From: Mycolicibacterium smegmatis
GTDB lineage: Bacteria; Actinomycetota; Actinomycetes; Mycobacteriales; Mycobacteriaceae
DNA: 32,000 bases
Direction of reading: 5' to 3'
NCBI RefSeq assembly: GCF_001457595.1
Contig: NZ_LN831039.1
Location: 2,430,001 to 2,462,000, forward strand
Position 1 is the stretch's first letter. The number at the start of each line of letters is the position of its first letter. Under the pieces are notes generated by a model that saw only the letters and a program-made list of their open reading frames with translations, was not told the origin of the DNA and ran no database searches. Positions 1 to 9,041 of this stretch are shown here, piece after piece. Made by a program: the position numbers and the translations under genes.

Positions 1-315
1 TCCGAGGTGTTCACGGTGACCGACCGGCAGTGGCGCGGCATCGGCATGATCCCGCGTTCGGGGTGGACGTTGTCACCGCAGTACGCGGAGTTCGACGCCG
101 AACTGAGGTTCGGTGTCGGTCATCTGCAGGTCGCCGAATCGGCCGAGTGCCGCAGCGGCGAGGTGCTGCAGGGGCTGTTGAAACCCAACGAGTGCCCGGC
201 CTTCGGCAAGACCTGCACACCGCGAAACCCGTTGGGTGCCACCATGGTGTCGAGCGAAGGCGCGTGCGCCGCGTACTACCAGTTCCGTCGACTCGAGGCG
301 GCCGCTCATGTCTGA
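1..315 (+). CDS. hypD: HypD hydrogenase maturation protein, C-terminal fragment (5' end outside window)
   Basis: Frame-1 ORF is open to the left edge. The C-terminus ...[46 protein letters not shown] matches the conserved HypD C-terminal motifs (CPAFG, PLGxxMVSxEGxCAAYY). TGA at 313-315. Confidence 0.85.
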   Translation, partial: SEVFTVTDRQWRGIGMIPRSGWTLSPQYAEFDAELRFGVGHLQVAESAECRSGEVLQGLLKPNECPAFGKTCTPRNPLGATMVSSEGACAAYYQFRRLEAAAHV

Positions 316-1381
316 CGCACCGGTGACCATCGATCCCAGCGACTGGGTGTGCCCGCTGCCGCTGCGAGAGACCAAACGCATCGTGATGGGGCACGGCGGC
401 GGGGGAGTGCTGTCGGAGGAACTGATCGAGAACCTCTTCCTGCCGGCCTTCGACACGGCCGACGCGGGACCGGCCCGAGACTCGGCGCTGTTAAAGGTCG
501 GCGCGGGAACCGTGGCGGTGACCACGGATTCCTATGTGGTGCAACCATTGTTCTTCCCGGGCGGCGACATCGGCCACCTCGCCGTGAACGGCACCATCAA
601 CGATCTGGCGTGCAGCGGTGCGCAACCGGTCGCCCTGACCGCGGGGTTCATCCTCGAAGAGGGCCTCGAGATCGACGTGCTCGGCGCGGTCGCGCAGTCG
701 ATGGGTGCCGCAGCGCGGCACGCCGGCGTGCGGATCGTCACGGGCGACACCAAGGTGGTCGGCAAGGGCGGTGCCGACCAGTTGTTCGTCAACACCGCGG
801 GTGTCGGCGTGGTCCCGCCGGGCGTCAGCATCGGCCCGGAACTTGTGCGCCCAGGCGACCACATCCTCGTCTCGGGCAACCTGGGCGAGCACGGTGTGGC
901 GATCATGAGCGTGCGCGAGGGCATCGACTTCGGGACCGCGGTCACCACCGACAGCGCGCCGCTGCACCACCTGGTGGCGGCCATGCTGGCTACCGGCGAT
1001 CCCTCACACGTCCACGCGTTGCGCGACCCCACCCGGGGTGGTCTGGTGGCCTCGGTCGTCGAGATCGCGCGCGCCGCCCGGGTCGGCATGGAGCTCGACG
1101 AGGCGAACATCCCGGTGCCCGAATCGGTTTCGTCGGCCTGCTCGTTCCTGGGGCTGGATCCGCTGCAGGTGGCCAACGAGGGCAAGATCGTGGCCTTCGT
1201 CGACCCGGCGCACAGCGAGGCGATCCTGGAGACCATGCGGGCCAGGCCCGAGGGCGCGAACGCGGCGATCATCGGGCGCGTCGTCGAGGGCCACCCGGGA
1301 ATGGCGGTGGGCAAGACGCCGTTCGGCACCACCCGCGTGATCGAGCGCGAACTCGGCGAGCAGTTGCCCAGGATCTGTTGA
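308..1381 (+). CDS. hypE: HypE hydrogenase maturation protein (carbamoyl dehydratase)
   Basis: ATG at 308 sits just upstream of the hypD stop, so the two genes overlap (ATGTCTGA). AIR-synthase-like sequence (GHGGGG, VTTDS, GDTKV) ending in the canonical HypE C-terminus PRIC. The ORF-track start at 236 would overlap hypD extensively and is judged too early. Confidence 0.9.
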   Translation: MSDAPVTIDPSDWVCPLPLRETKRIVMGHGGGGVLSEELIENLFLPAFDTADAGPARDSALLKVGAGTVAVTTDSYVVQPLFFPGGDIGHLAVNGTINDLACSGAQPVALTAGFILEEGLEIDVLGAVAQSMGAAARHAGVRIVTGDTKVVGKGGADQLFVNTAGVGVVPPGVSIGPELVRPGDHILVSGNLGEHGVAIMSVREGIDFGTAVTTDSAPLHHLVAAMLATGDPSHVHALRDPTRGGLVASVVEIARAARVGMELDEANIPVPESVSSACSFLGLDPLQVANEGKIVAFVDPAHSEAILETMRARPEGANAAIIGRVVEGHPGMAVGKTPFGTTRVIERELGEQLPRIC

Positions 1382-2914
1382 TCAGTCGCGCTCGTAGAAC
1401 CGACGCACCGTCTCGACCGTGTCGGCCTCGGCCGGGGACTTGTCGTCGCGGTAGCGCAGAACGCGCACGAACCGCAACGCCATGCCGGCCGGGTAGCGTG
1501 ACGATCGCTGCACACCGTCGAACGCGATCTCGACGACCTGCTCGGGGCGCAGGTGCACGACGTATCCGTCGGTGGGCCCGTCGGCCAATTCGAGGAACCG
1601 CTGGGTCTGCCATTCGAGCATCGCGTCGGTCATGCCCTTGAACGTCTTGCCCAACATGACGAACCCGCTGGAATCCGGATCCCGCGCCCCCAGATGGATG
1701 TTCGACAGCTTGCCCTGGCGGCGTCCCGAACCCCACTCGACCGCGAGCACGACGAGATCGAGCGTGTGGACGGGCTTGACCTTGAGCCATCCCGCGCCGC
1801 GCCGGCCGGCCTCGTACGCAGCGTGCGGTGACTTCGCCATGACCCCTTCGTGTCCGGCCGCCAGGGTGCGCTCCAAGAACTCCTGCGCCGCAACAGTATC
1901 CGTCGTCACGAGACGGTCCACACGCTGATCCTGCCGCACCAGCGCGTCGAGCGCGCCGAACCGTTCCTCGGTGGGCAGATCGAGCAGATCGCGGCCGTCG
2001 ACATGCAGCAGGTCGAAGAAGAACACCGACAGCGGACCCAGATCGCCCGGATCCTTGCGTCCGAACCGAGCGGCGGTGACCTGGAAGAGATGTGGTCTGC
2101 CATCGGGGCGCAGGGCGATGGCCTCGGCGTCGGCGATCAACTCGGTGGCGGGGAGCGCGAGCGTCGCCTCGACCACCTCGGGAAGGCGGTGCGTGACGTC
2201 GTCGAGGCTGCGCGTGTAGATCGAGACGTCACAGCCGCTACGGTGGATCTGCACGCGGGCGCCGTCCAGTTTGGCTTCCAGAACCGCTGTGCCGCCGAGG
2301 CGTTGGAGTGCGTCGTCCACGCTGGTGGCCGTTTGCGCGAGCATCGGCCCCACGGGCCGGCCCACCCGGAGCCGGAAGTCGGCCAGCGCGGCACGCCCGC
2401 CGGTGACGGCGGCGGCTGCGACCGCGGGCAGGTTGCCCGCGAGCATTGCGGCACGGCGTATCTCGGCTGCGGGAAGGCCTGCGGCCTTGGCGACGGCGTC
2501 GGCCATCACCCCGGCGAGTGCGCCCTGGCGCAGCTCACCGCTGAGCAGGTGACGCAGGAATCTCTGCTCGGTTTCGGTTGCCGCACTGAACAGCTCGTGA
2601 ACCAGACCGGCGCGGGTGGCCTGCGAACCTTTTCCGGCGACGGCCTTGATGGTGCTGAACCGGTCGTCGACGTCGTCGACGGTGAGGGAGGGTGTGGCGG
2701 CCGGCGGCGGCAACGTGCGCAACGCCGCCCAGCCGACACCGATCTGACGCTGCGGGAGTTCCCCGGAGAGCCAGGACACGATCACCGCGACCGCTTGGGT
2801 GTCATCCTCGGCTGCCGAGCGGGCGAGCAGCGTCGCGATGCGTTCGATCTTGACCAGGCGTGCCGAGGAGGCCGCGACTTCGGTGGACGCGGCGGCGACG
2901 TCGGCGAGCAACAT
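1382..2914 (-). CDS. ligB: ATP-dependent DNA ligase (LigB type)
   Basis: Adenylation motif [12 protein letters not shown] (KxDG), plus [14 protein letters not shown] and an OB-domain C-terminus. The N-terminus [10 protein letters not shown]... resembles the M. tuberculosis LigB start as I recall it, so the ATG at 2914 is chosen over the ORF-track 3013. The stop abuts the hypE stop with a 0-nt gap. Confidence 0.9.
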   Translation of the reverse strand: MLLADVAAASTEVAASSARLVKIERIATLLARSAAEDDTQAVAVIVSWLSGELPQRQIGVGWAALRTLPPPAATPSLTVDDVDDRFSTIKAVAGKGSQATRAGLVHELFSAATETEQRFLRHLLSGELRQGALAGVMADAVAKAAGLPAAEIRRAAMLAGNLPAVAAAAVTGGRAALADFRLRVGRPVGPMLAQTATSVDDALQRLGGTAVLEAKLDGARVQIHRSGCDVSIYTRSLDDVTHRLPEVVEATLALPATELIADAEAIALRPDGRPHLFQVTAARFGRKDPGDLGPLSVFFFDLLHVDGRDLLDLPTEERFGALDALVRQDQRVDRLVTTDTVAAQEFLERTLAAGHEGVMAKSPHAAYEAGRRGAGWLKVKPVHTLDLVVLAVEWGSGRRQGKLSNIHLGARDPDSSGFVMLGKTFKGMTDAMLEWQTQRFLELADGPTDGYVVHLRPEQVVEIAFDGVQRSSRYPAGMALRFVRVLRYRDDKSPAEADTVETVRRFYERD

Positions 2915-2944
2915 CTTTTCAGCGTGCCACGCGGGTCGGACATC

Positions 2945-3036
2945 CATGCACGCTCGCGCGTGGTGAGGGTGCGTGCGGTGCTGATGTTTGACGGCGTGGC
3001 GGGCAGCAGGCACGCACGCTCGCGGTGCAGAGGGTC
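2945..3036. repeat. Two ~27-nt direct repeats in the ligB upstream region
   Basis: catgcacgctcgcgcgtggtgagggtgc (2945-2972) versus cacgcacgctcgcggtgcagagggtc (3011-3036). They share an 11-nt identical core gcacgctcgcg (2948-2958 and 3014-3024) and match at about 22 of 27 aligned columns by eye. Confidence 0.6.
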
Positions 3037-4627
3037 AGGTGACGTCGAAGGTGACGTAGTGCCAGCCGGTGGCGCCGTCGGGCACGGGATCGGCCAGGTC
3101 GGGGGTCTGGGTTTCCCCGGTGTTGTCGGTGGCACGCACGGTGATGGTGTGTTCACCTGGATCGGCGGCGGTCCAGTCGACACTCCACAGGCGCCAGGTG
3201 TCGTCGGAGTAGGCCGCGCCGAGTTGGGCCTGTTGCCACTCGCCGGGATCTGACGGCCCGTCGATCTTGACCTCGACCGCGCGGATGCCGCGGTGCTGAG
3301 CCCACGCCACGCCGCCGAAGCGCACCGGGCCGCGGGGGACCTGCTGACCCTCGCGCGGGACGTCGATGCGGGACTGGGTCTTGATGGGGCCATGCGCCGA
3401 CCAGCCGAGCTTGGTCCAGTACGCCTCGGCGCGGTCGAAGCGCGTGAGCTCGAGATCCACGACCCACTTGGTGGCCGAGACGTAGCCGTACAGCCCTGGC
3501 ACCACCAGGCGCGCCGGATAGCCGTGCGCGGCAGGCAGCGGTTCACCGTTCATGCCGATCGCCAGCAGTGCGTCACGGTCGTCGGTGAGCGCCTCGATCG
3601 GGCTGCCCGCGGTGAATCCGTCGATCGACGTCGACAGCGCCATGTCGGAATCCGTTGACACCCCGGCTTCTTCGAGCAGATCACGCACCCGGTAGCCCGT
3701 CCAGGTGGCGTTCGAGATGAGGTCGCCGCCCACAAAATTGGACACACACGTGAGCGTGACGACCTTCTCGACGACCTCGAAGCGGTCGAGGTCCTCGAAG
3801 CGGTAGGTCACCTCGCGGTCGGTCATGCCGTGGATACGCAACTGCCACTCGTCGCGCGTGAGCTGTGGCACCGTCAGCGCCGTGTCGATGCGGTAGAACT
3901 TCGGCGTCGGCGTGATGAACGACGGCAGCGACACACCCGCGGGTTGCACGTCCGGGGGGATCGGCGCTGCCGCGCGTGCGGCGCGCGGCAGCGTGAACGC
4001 GTCACGGTCACCGGCCACCGACGACGCCAGCCGCGACAGCACCGCGCCCGCCGCCCCGGTGACCACGCCGGTGGTCAGCAGGCCGAGCGCGACCAGCGAC
4101 CAGCGGCGGCCGGGGTCCACGGTGTCGTCGGCATGGTCGTCGGCATATCGGTCGGCACGTTGGTCGGCACGGTCTTCGGCGACGGCCTGCTCGTCCCGGA
4201 AACGGTCCGAGGTCAGCAGTCGCAACGCCGCGATGCCGCACACCGCGCCGATCACCGTCGGCAGGATCGCGACCCAGCCGGCCCCTGGGCGGGAGAGCAC
4301 CGCGACGCAGCCGAGCACCCCCGCGAGGCCGATCACGATGCTGCCGACCGGGCGACGGCGGGTCTCCAGCGGTGCCGTCACCGCGGCCAGCGTCGCGATG
4401 ATGGCGATGATCAGCACGGTGAGCAGGAGTTTGTCGGCCGTGCCGAACGTGGTGATGGCCCACTCCTTGACCGGTCCCGGCGTCAGGTCGATGACCGCCG
4501 ATCCCACCGCGGTGCGGGAATCGGCCGCGGGCCCGAAGGGCACCGCGACGATCCCGGCCACTCCCAGCGCCACGGCGGCCGCGGCGAGCCCGGCCAGCGG
4601 CGGAGTGCGGCGCACGCGTTCTGACAT
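3035..4627 (-). CDS. Molybdopterin-dependent oxidoreductase, sulfite-oxidase (SUOX/YedY) family, with N-terminal multi-TM domain
   Basis: The N-terminal third is hydrophobic and helix-rich (LAGLAAAAVALGVAGIVAV..., LLLTVLIIAIIATLAAV...). The catalytic part has VTLTCVSN (Mo-binding Cys), GYPARLVVPGLYGY, and an Ig-like C-terminal dimerisation-type domain. The start at ATG 4627 (MSERVRR...) is preferred to 4699. Confidence 0.8.
   Translation of the reverse strand: MSERVRRTPPLAGLAAAAVALGVAGIVAVPFGPAADSRTAVGSAVIDLTPGPVKEWAITTFGTADKLLLTVLIIAIIATLAAVTAPLETRRRPVGSIVIGLAGVLGCVAVLSRPGAGWVAILPTVIGAVCGIAALRLLTSDRFRDEQAVAEDRADQRADRYADDHADDTVDPGRRWSLVALGLLTTGVVTGAAGAVLSRLASSVAGDRDAFTLPRAARAAAPIPPDVQPAGVSLPSFITPTPKFYRIDTALTVPQLTRDEWQLRIHGMTDREVTYRFEDLDRFEVVEKVVTLTCVSNFVGGDLISNATWTGYRVRDLLEEAGVSTDSDMALSTSIDGFTAGSPIEALTDDRDALLAIGMNGEPLPAAHGYPARLVVPGLYGYVSATKWVVDLELTRFDRAEAYWTKLGWSAHGPIKTQSRIDVPREGQQVPRGPVRFGGVAWAQHRGIRAVEVKIDGPSDPGEWQQAQLGAAYSDDTWRLWSVDWTAADPGEHTITVRATDNTGETQTPDLADPVPDGATGWHYVTFDVT
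4123..4182. repeat. Five tandem 12-nt imperfect repeats inside the molybdoenzyme linker
   Basis: Units tgtcgtcggcat / ggtcgtcggcat / atcggtcggcac / gttggtcggcac / ggtcttcggcga. On the minus strand they encode AEDR-ADQR-ADRY-ADDH-ADDT. Confidence 0.7.
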
Positions 4628-4672
4628 GGTCAAACGGTAACCGGGAAACGGCCGCGCAGACCTTACGAAGTC

Positions 4673-4684
4673 GTGACATGTCAC
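4673..4684. promoter_or_regulatory. Perfect 12-bp palindrome GTGACATGTCAC in a divergent intergenic region (candidate operator)
   Basis: Self-complementary 12-mer between the molybdoenzyme start (4627, minus strand) and the SDR start (4776, plus strand). Three CTTACG-type repeats flank it at 4661, 4710 and 4740. Confidence 0.3.
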
Positions 4685-4775
4685 CACACCCCACGACATG
4701 ACCCGAAAGCCTTACGGGAAGCCCGCATGGGATAGGTTACTTTACGAATTCGGTCACTTTTGGAAAGGACGCTAG

Positions 4776-5543
4776 ATGGAGATCGAAGGCAAGAAGGCCG
4801 TCATCGTCGGCGGCGCGTCGGGCTTCGGCCGCGCGACCGCCGAGGCACTGGCCAAGCGCGGTGCCACCGTCGCGGTGCTCGACCGCCCGCAGTCCAAGGG
4901 CCAGGAGGTCGCCGACAGCATCGGCGGATCGTTCTTCGCGGTCGACGTCACCGACTTCGACGGCACAGAGAAGGTGCTGCAGGAAGCCGTCGACGCGCTC
5001 GGGGGACTGCACATCGCGGTGACGACGGCAGGCGGCGGCATCGGTGAACGCACCGTCAAGAAGGACGGTCCGCACAGCCTGGACTCTTTCCGCTCCACCA
5101 TCGACCTGAACCTGATCGGCACGTTCAACGTGAGTCGACTCGCCGCGTGGCACATGAGCAAGAACGACCCCGTCGACGCCGAGGGCGAGGAACGCGGCGT
5201 CATCATCAACACCGCGTCGATCGCGGCGTTCGAGGGCCAGATCGGGCAGGTCGCCTACACGGCGTCGAAGGCGGCCATCGCGGGCATGTCCCTGACCATG
5301 GCCCGCGATCTGGGCAGCCTGGGCATCCGGGCGCTGGCCATCGCCCCGAGCCTGTTCGCCACGGGCCTGACCGAAGGCATCCCCGACGATTTCGCGAAAG
5401 TTCTCACCAAGGACGCCGCCTTCCCCAAGCGTCTCGGCAAGCCCGACGAGTACGCCCGCCTGGCGCTGGCGATCGTCGAGAACCCGATGCTCAACGGCCA
5501 GTGCATCCGTTTGGACGGTGGTCAGCGGTTCGCTCCCAAGTAA
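4776..5543 (+). CDS. SDR-family oxidoreductase, 3-hydroxyacyl-CoA dehydrogenase type-2-like
   Basis: Rossmann motif VGGASGFG. Catalytic YTASKAAIAG (YxxxK). The NTAS motif is present. SD GGAAAGGA lies upstream of the ATG at 4776. Confidence 0.85.
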   Translation: MEIEGKKAVIVGGASGFGRATAEALAKRGATVAVLDRPQSKGQEVADSIGGSFFAVDVTDFDGTEKVLQEAVDALGGLHIAVTTAGGGIGERTVKKDGPHSLDSFRSTIDLNLIGTFNVSRLAAWHMSKNDPVDAEGEERGVIINTASIAAFEGQIGQVAYTASKAAIAGMSLTMARDLGSLGIRALAIAPSLFATGLTEGIPDDFAKVLTKDAAFPKRLGKPDEYARLALAIVENPMLNGQCIRLDGGQRFAPK

Positions 5544-5555
5544 AGTGATCTGGTC

Positions 5556-5578
5556 GTGGCCGGTGCCGAACCGGCCAC
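5556..5578 (+). terminator. GC hairpin after the SDR gene (8-bp stem GTGGCCGG/CCGGCCAC, 7-nt loop)
   Basis: Perfect 8-bp stem starting 13 nt after the TAA stop. No U-tract follows, so terminator function is uncertain. Confidence 0.3.
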
Positions 5579-5605
5579 GCCGAAACCGCCGACGAGGGAG
5601 ACGCG

Positions 5606-7336
5606 ATGGCAACCTTCGCAGACCACATCATCGCCATGTTGTCGGCCAGCGGGGTGTGTCGTGTGTACGGGCTTCCGGGGGACAGTCTCAATGGGTTCAC
5701 TGATGCGATTCGTCGTAGTGGTGAGATCAGTTGGGAGCATGTGCGTCATGAGGAGACCGCGGCGTTCGCTGCGGCGGCGGATGCGGGGTTGACCGGGCAG
5801 TTGGCGGTGTGTGCGGGCTCGTGTGGTCCGGGGAATCTCCATCTGATCAACGGGTTGTTCGACGCGCAGCGCTCGCGGGTGCCGGTGCTGGCGATCGCCG
5901 CGCACATCCCGCGCAGCGAGATCGGTTCGCAGTATTTCCAGGAGACCCACCCGCAAGAGTTGTTCGGTGAGTGCAGTGTGTATTGCGAGTTGGTGAGCAC
6001 TCCGGAGATGGCGCCGCGCATCCTGGCGATGGCGATGCGTGCCGCGGTCGAGGACAACGGGGTGGCGGTGGTGGTCATCCCCGGGGAGATCTTCTTGCAA
6101 CGGATTCCCGAACAGCCGGTGCGGCCGATCAGCGCGACGCGGTCGGTGTTGTGTCCGGATGAGGCGTCGCTGCAGCGGGCGGCGGATATGTTGAATGCCG
6201 CCGAGCGGGTCACCATCCTCGGCGGCGCCGGGGTGGCCGGTGCCCACGACGCGCTGGTGCAGCTCGCCGCGACGCTGCAGGCGCCGGTGGTGCATGCGTT
6301 GCGGGGCAAGGAGTTCATCGAGTACGACAACCCGTTCGATGTGGGGATGACCGGGTTGTTGGGGTTCGCCTCGGGCTACAAGGCGATCAAAGAGGCCGAC
6401 ACGCTGTTGATGCTGGGCACCGATTTTCCGTATCAGCAGTTCTATCCGGAGAACGCCACGGTCATCCAGGTCGATGTGCGCGGGGCGCATCTGGGCCGGC
6501 GCACCCCGATCGATCTGGGGTTGCGCGGCACCGTCGGCGACACCCTGGCCGCTTTGCAACCGTTGTTGCGGCCCAAGCACGATCGCGAGCATCTGGATCG
6601 GGCGTTGCGCCACTACCGCAAGACCCGCGCGTCGTTGGATGCGTTGGCGGTCAACGATCGTGACCGCACCCCGATCCGCCCGGAATACCTCGCCGGGCTC
6701 ATCGACCGCCTCGCCGCCGCGGATGCGGTGTTCACCTGTGATGTCGGCTCGCCGGTGGTATGGGCCGCGCGCTATCTGTCGATGAACGGCCGGCGCCGGC
6801 TGCTCGGGTCGTTCAACCACGGCACCATGGCCAACGCGCTGCCCCACGCCATCGGCGCCCAAAGCGCCTACCCGGGCCGGCAGGTGATCGCCCTGGCCGG
6901 TGACGGCGGGTTGACCATGCTCTTCGGCGAGTTGGTCACCTTGATCCAGAACCGGTTGCCGGTCAAGGTGATCGTGTTCAACAACTCCTCGCTGAACTTC
7001 GTCGAGCTGGAGATGAAAGCCGCAGGCATCGTCACCTTCGGCACCGACCTGCAAAACCCCGACTTCGCCGCGGTGGCCACCGCGATGGGCATCTACGGCC
7101 GCCGCGTCACCGAACCCGCCGACCTCGAAGACGTCCTCAAAGAAGCCTTCGCCCACGACGGGCCCGCCGTCATCGACGTCCACACCGCCCGCCAGGAACT
7201 GTCCATCCCCCCAGCCATCACCATCGAACAAGCCAAAGGCTTCTCCCTCTACGCCATCCGCACCATCCTCGCCGGACGCAGCGACGAACTACTCGACCTC
7301 ATCACCACCAACGTCGCCCGACGCATCCTGGATTAG
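5606..7336 (+). CDS. poxB: Pyruvate dehydrogenase (quinone) / pyruvate oxidase, thiamine-diphosphate enzyme
   Basis: Collinear similarity to E. coli PoxB as I recall it: GDSLNG, HEE.AAFAA, AVCAGSCGPGNLHLINGLFD, VLAIAAHIP..EIGS.YFQETHP, FNHG.MANA.P, GDGG and the C-terminal IPP.I..EQAKGFSLY. SD GGGAG precedes the ATG. Confidence 0.9.
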   Translation: MATFADHIIAMLSASGVCRVYGLPGDSLNGFTDAIRRSGEISWEHVRHEETAAFAAAADAGLTGQLAVCAGSCGPGNLHLINGLFDAQRSRVPVLAIAAHIPRSEIGSQYFQETHPQELFGECSVYCELVSTPEMAPRILAMAMRAAVEDNGVAVVVIPGEIFLQRIPEQPVRPISATRSVLCPDEASLQRAADMLNAAERVTILGGAGVAGAHDALVQLAATLQAPVVHALRGKEFIEYDNPFDVGMTGLLGFASGYKAIKEADTLLMLGTDFPYQQFYPENATVIQVDVRGAHLGRRTPIDLGLRGTVGDTLAALQPLLRPKHDREHLDRALRHYRKTRASLDALAVNDRDRTPIRPEYLAGLIDRLAAADAVFTCDVGSPVVWAARYLSMNGRRRLLGSFNHGTMANALPHAIGAQSAYPGRQVIALAGDGGLTMLFGELVTLIQNRLPVKVIVFNNSSLNFVELEMKAAGIVTFGTDLQNPDFAAVATAMGIYGRRVTEPADLEDVLKEAFAHDGPAVIDVHTARQELSIPPAITIEQAKGFSLYAIRTILAGRSDELLDLITTNVARRILD

Positions 7337-7354
7337 GTCTGCCGCCAACAGATC

Positions 7355-8029
7355 TCACGCCGGGCGGGGGATGGCAGCCGCCTGGCCCTGCCCGATCCAC
7401 CGCGGCAGCGCGCGGCGGACCTCACCGGCACCCGACAGCGCGACGCTGCCGTCGAGTGTCGCGTGTGACCAACTGACGTCGCCCCGCCAGATGCGGGTGA
7501 GCGTGCGCAGGCTCGTCTGCACCGTGCCGGTCACCTCGTGTCCGGGATCGAAATCGCACACGTCGGCCTGGCCGTCGGCCACCACGAGCCACCACCGCGA
7601 CGCCTTGGGCGCGACGTCGTCGAAGATGAACGCCACGGTGGTGCGGGTGCGTGGCCACTCGTCGATGGGGATGGTGCGCCGCATGTCCCACATCAGCAGA
7701 TGCGGGTCGAGGTCCTGCTCGCCGAGGTCGCCGATCCAGCGCACGCCCCATGCGCCGAGTGCGTCGACGACGGTTGCCAGTTCCCGTCCGCACGCGGTGA
7801 GGGTGTACGAAGTGCGACCGTCGATTTCGTTGCGTTCGACCACACCGGCGCGGGTCAGCGACTTCAGCCTCCGCGACAGCAGGGCCGGCGACATCTTGGG
7901 CACGCCGCGGCGCAGATCGTTGAAATGGGTACTGCCCAACAGCAGTTCCCGCACCACGAGCAGGGTCCAGCGTTCATCGAGCAGTTCCATGGCTTTGGCG
8001 ACGGGGCAGAACTGGCCATAGGTCGACAT
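7355..8029 (-). CDS. HxlR-family winged-helix transcriptional regulator with C-terminal extension
   Basis: MSTYGQFCPVAKAMELLDERWTLLVVRELLLGSTHFNDLRRGVPKMSPALLSRRLKSL is a typical HxlR HTH. SD GGAAGG lies 8 nt upstream of the ATG at 8029. The 655-aa ORF in the track is a spurious upstream extension. Confidence 0.85.
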   Translation of the reverse strand: MSTYGQFCPVAKAMELLDERWTLLVVRELLLGSTHFNDLRRGVPKMSPALLSRRLKSLTRAGVVERNEIDGRTSYTLTACGRELATVVDALGAWGVRWIGDLGEQDLDPHLLMWDMRRTIPIDEWPRTRTTVAFIFDDVAPKASRWWLVVADGQADVCDFDPGHEVTGTVQTSLRTLTRIWRGDVSWSHATLDGSVALSGAGEVRRALPRWIGQGQAAAIPRPA

Positions 8030-8126
8030 GTGCGGCACCTTCCGGACAATTGCGCAACTGCGCACACCTGAGCACAAGTACACCGCGCAAACGTCGCCGA
8101 GCCAATACAGAATTTGAACCACAGGT

Positions 8127-8143
8127 AGTACAGATCTGTTACT
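8127..8143. promoter_or_regulatory. Near-palindrome AGTACAGATCTGTTACT (perfect core ACAGATCTGT at 8130-8139), candidate HxlR operator
   Basis: Located in the divergent hxlR / methyltransferase intergenic region (8030-8203). Confidence 0.3.
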
Positions 8144-8203
8144 GGATTCCTGTACCGGCGCGGCGGGACCATGACTGACACATGCCGAACCGAAGGAGTC
8201 ACC

Positions 8204-9019
8204 ATGGGCGTCGTCACCGTCGATCGAGAACTTGAGGCCAAACACCGGGCGCTGTGGGCGCTCGGGAACTACGGGGCGATCGCCGCCCACATCGTCGCAC
8301 CGCTGGGACCCGTCCTCGTCGAGGCCTGCGGTATCGGACCGGGGGACCGGGTGCTCGACATCGCGGCAGGCACGGGCAACGCCTCGATCCCCGCCGCGCT
8401 GGCAGGCGCTCAGGTCACCGCGAGCGACCTGTGCCCGCAACTGGTCGACGAGGGCGCACACGAGTCCGCCGAGCGAGGCGTGGACATCACGTGGAAAGAG
8501 GCCAACGCCGAGGCGCTGCCGTTCTCCGACGGCGAGTTCGACGTCGTGATGTCCTGCATCGGCGTGATGTTCGCGCCGCATCACGACCAGTCCGCTCGGG
8601 AGCTGTTGCGGGTCACGCGTTCCGGTGGACGGATCGGTCTGATCAGCTGGACCCCAGAGGGTTTCATCGGGCAGCTGTTCGCGACCATGAAGCCGTTCGT
8701 TCCCGCGCCGCCGCCGGGCGTGTCGCCACCGCCGTTGTGGGGCAACGCCGATCATGTCCGAACGCTGCTCGGCGATGGGATCGAGGACTTCGAGACGCAG
8801 CGTCGCTCGTTGACGGTGGACATGTTCGCCGACGGAGCCGCCTTCCGCGACTTCTTCAAGGCCAACTACGGTCCCACCATCGCGGCCTACCGCGCCGTCG
8901 GTGACGACGCCGAACGCACCGCGGCGCTCGACGAGGCCATCGCCTTGCTGGGGGACCGATATCTCGATTCCGGTGCCATGCAGTGGGAGTACTTGGTGGT
9001 GACTGCACACAAACGCTGA
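8204..9019 (+). CDS. Class I SAM-dependent methyltransferase
   Basis: SAM-binding motif I VLDIAAGTGN and a post-I acidic residue (TASD). GAAGGAG SD lies 6 nt upstream of the ATG at 8204, which is preferred over 8171. Confidence 0.8.
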   Translation: MGVVTVDRELEAKHRALWALGNYGAIAAHIVAPLGPVLVEACGIGPGDRVLDIAAGTGNASIPAALAGAQVTASDLCPQLVDEGAHESAERGVDITWKEANAEALPFSDGEFDVVMSCIGVMFAPHHDQSARELLRVTRSGGRIGLISWTPEGFIGQLFATMKPFVPAPPPGVSPPPLWGNADHVRTLLGDGIEDFETQRRSLTVDMFADGAAFRDFFKANYGPTIAAYRAVGDDAERTAALDEAIALLGDRYLDSGAMQWEYLVVTAHKR

Positions 9020-9041
9020 GCGCCGCTGGCACGATGTCAGC

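Noticed and set aside
5522-7231. 569-aa ORF antisense to poxB. Similar long antisense or alternative-frame ORFs occur at 21062-23179 (705 aa, antisense to nrdE), 25249-26826 (525 aa, antisense to the MFS gene), 8856-10337 (493 aa, antisense to the kinase), 349-1641, 11792-12871 and 27064-27834.
   Set aside because: These are typical stop-codon-poor shadow ORFs of high-GC DNA. Their translations are Arg/Gly/Pro/Asp-rich low-complexity sequence with no recognisable motifs. In each case the opposite or other frame encodes a clearly homologous protein.
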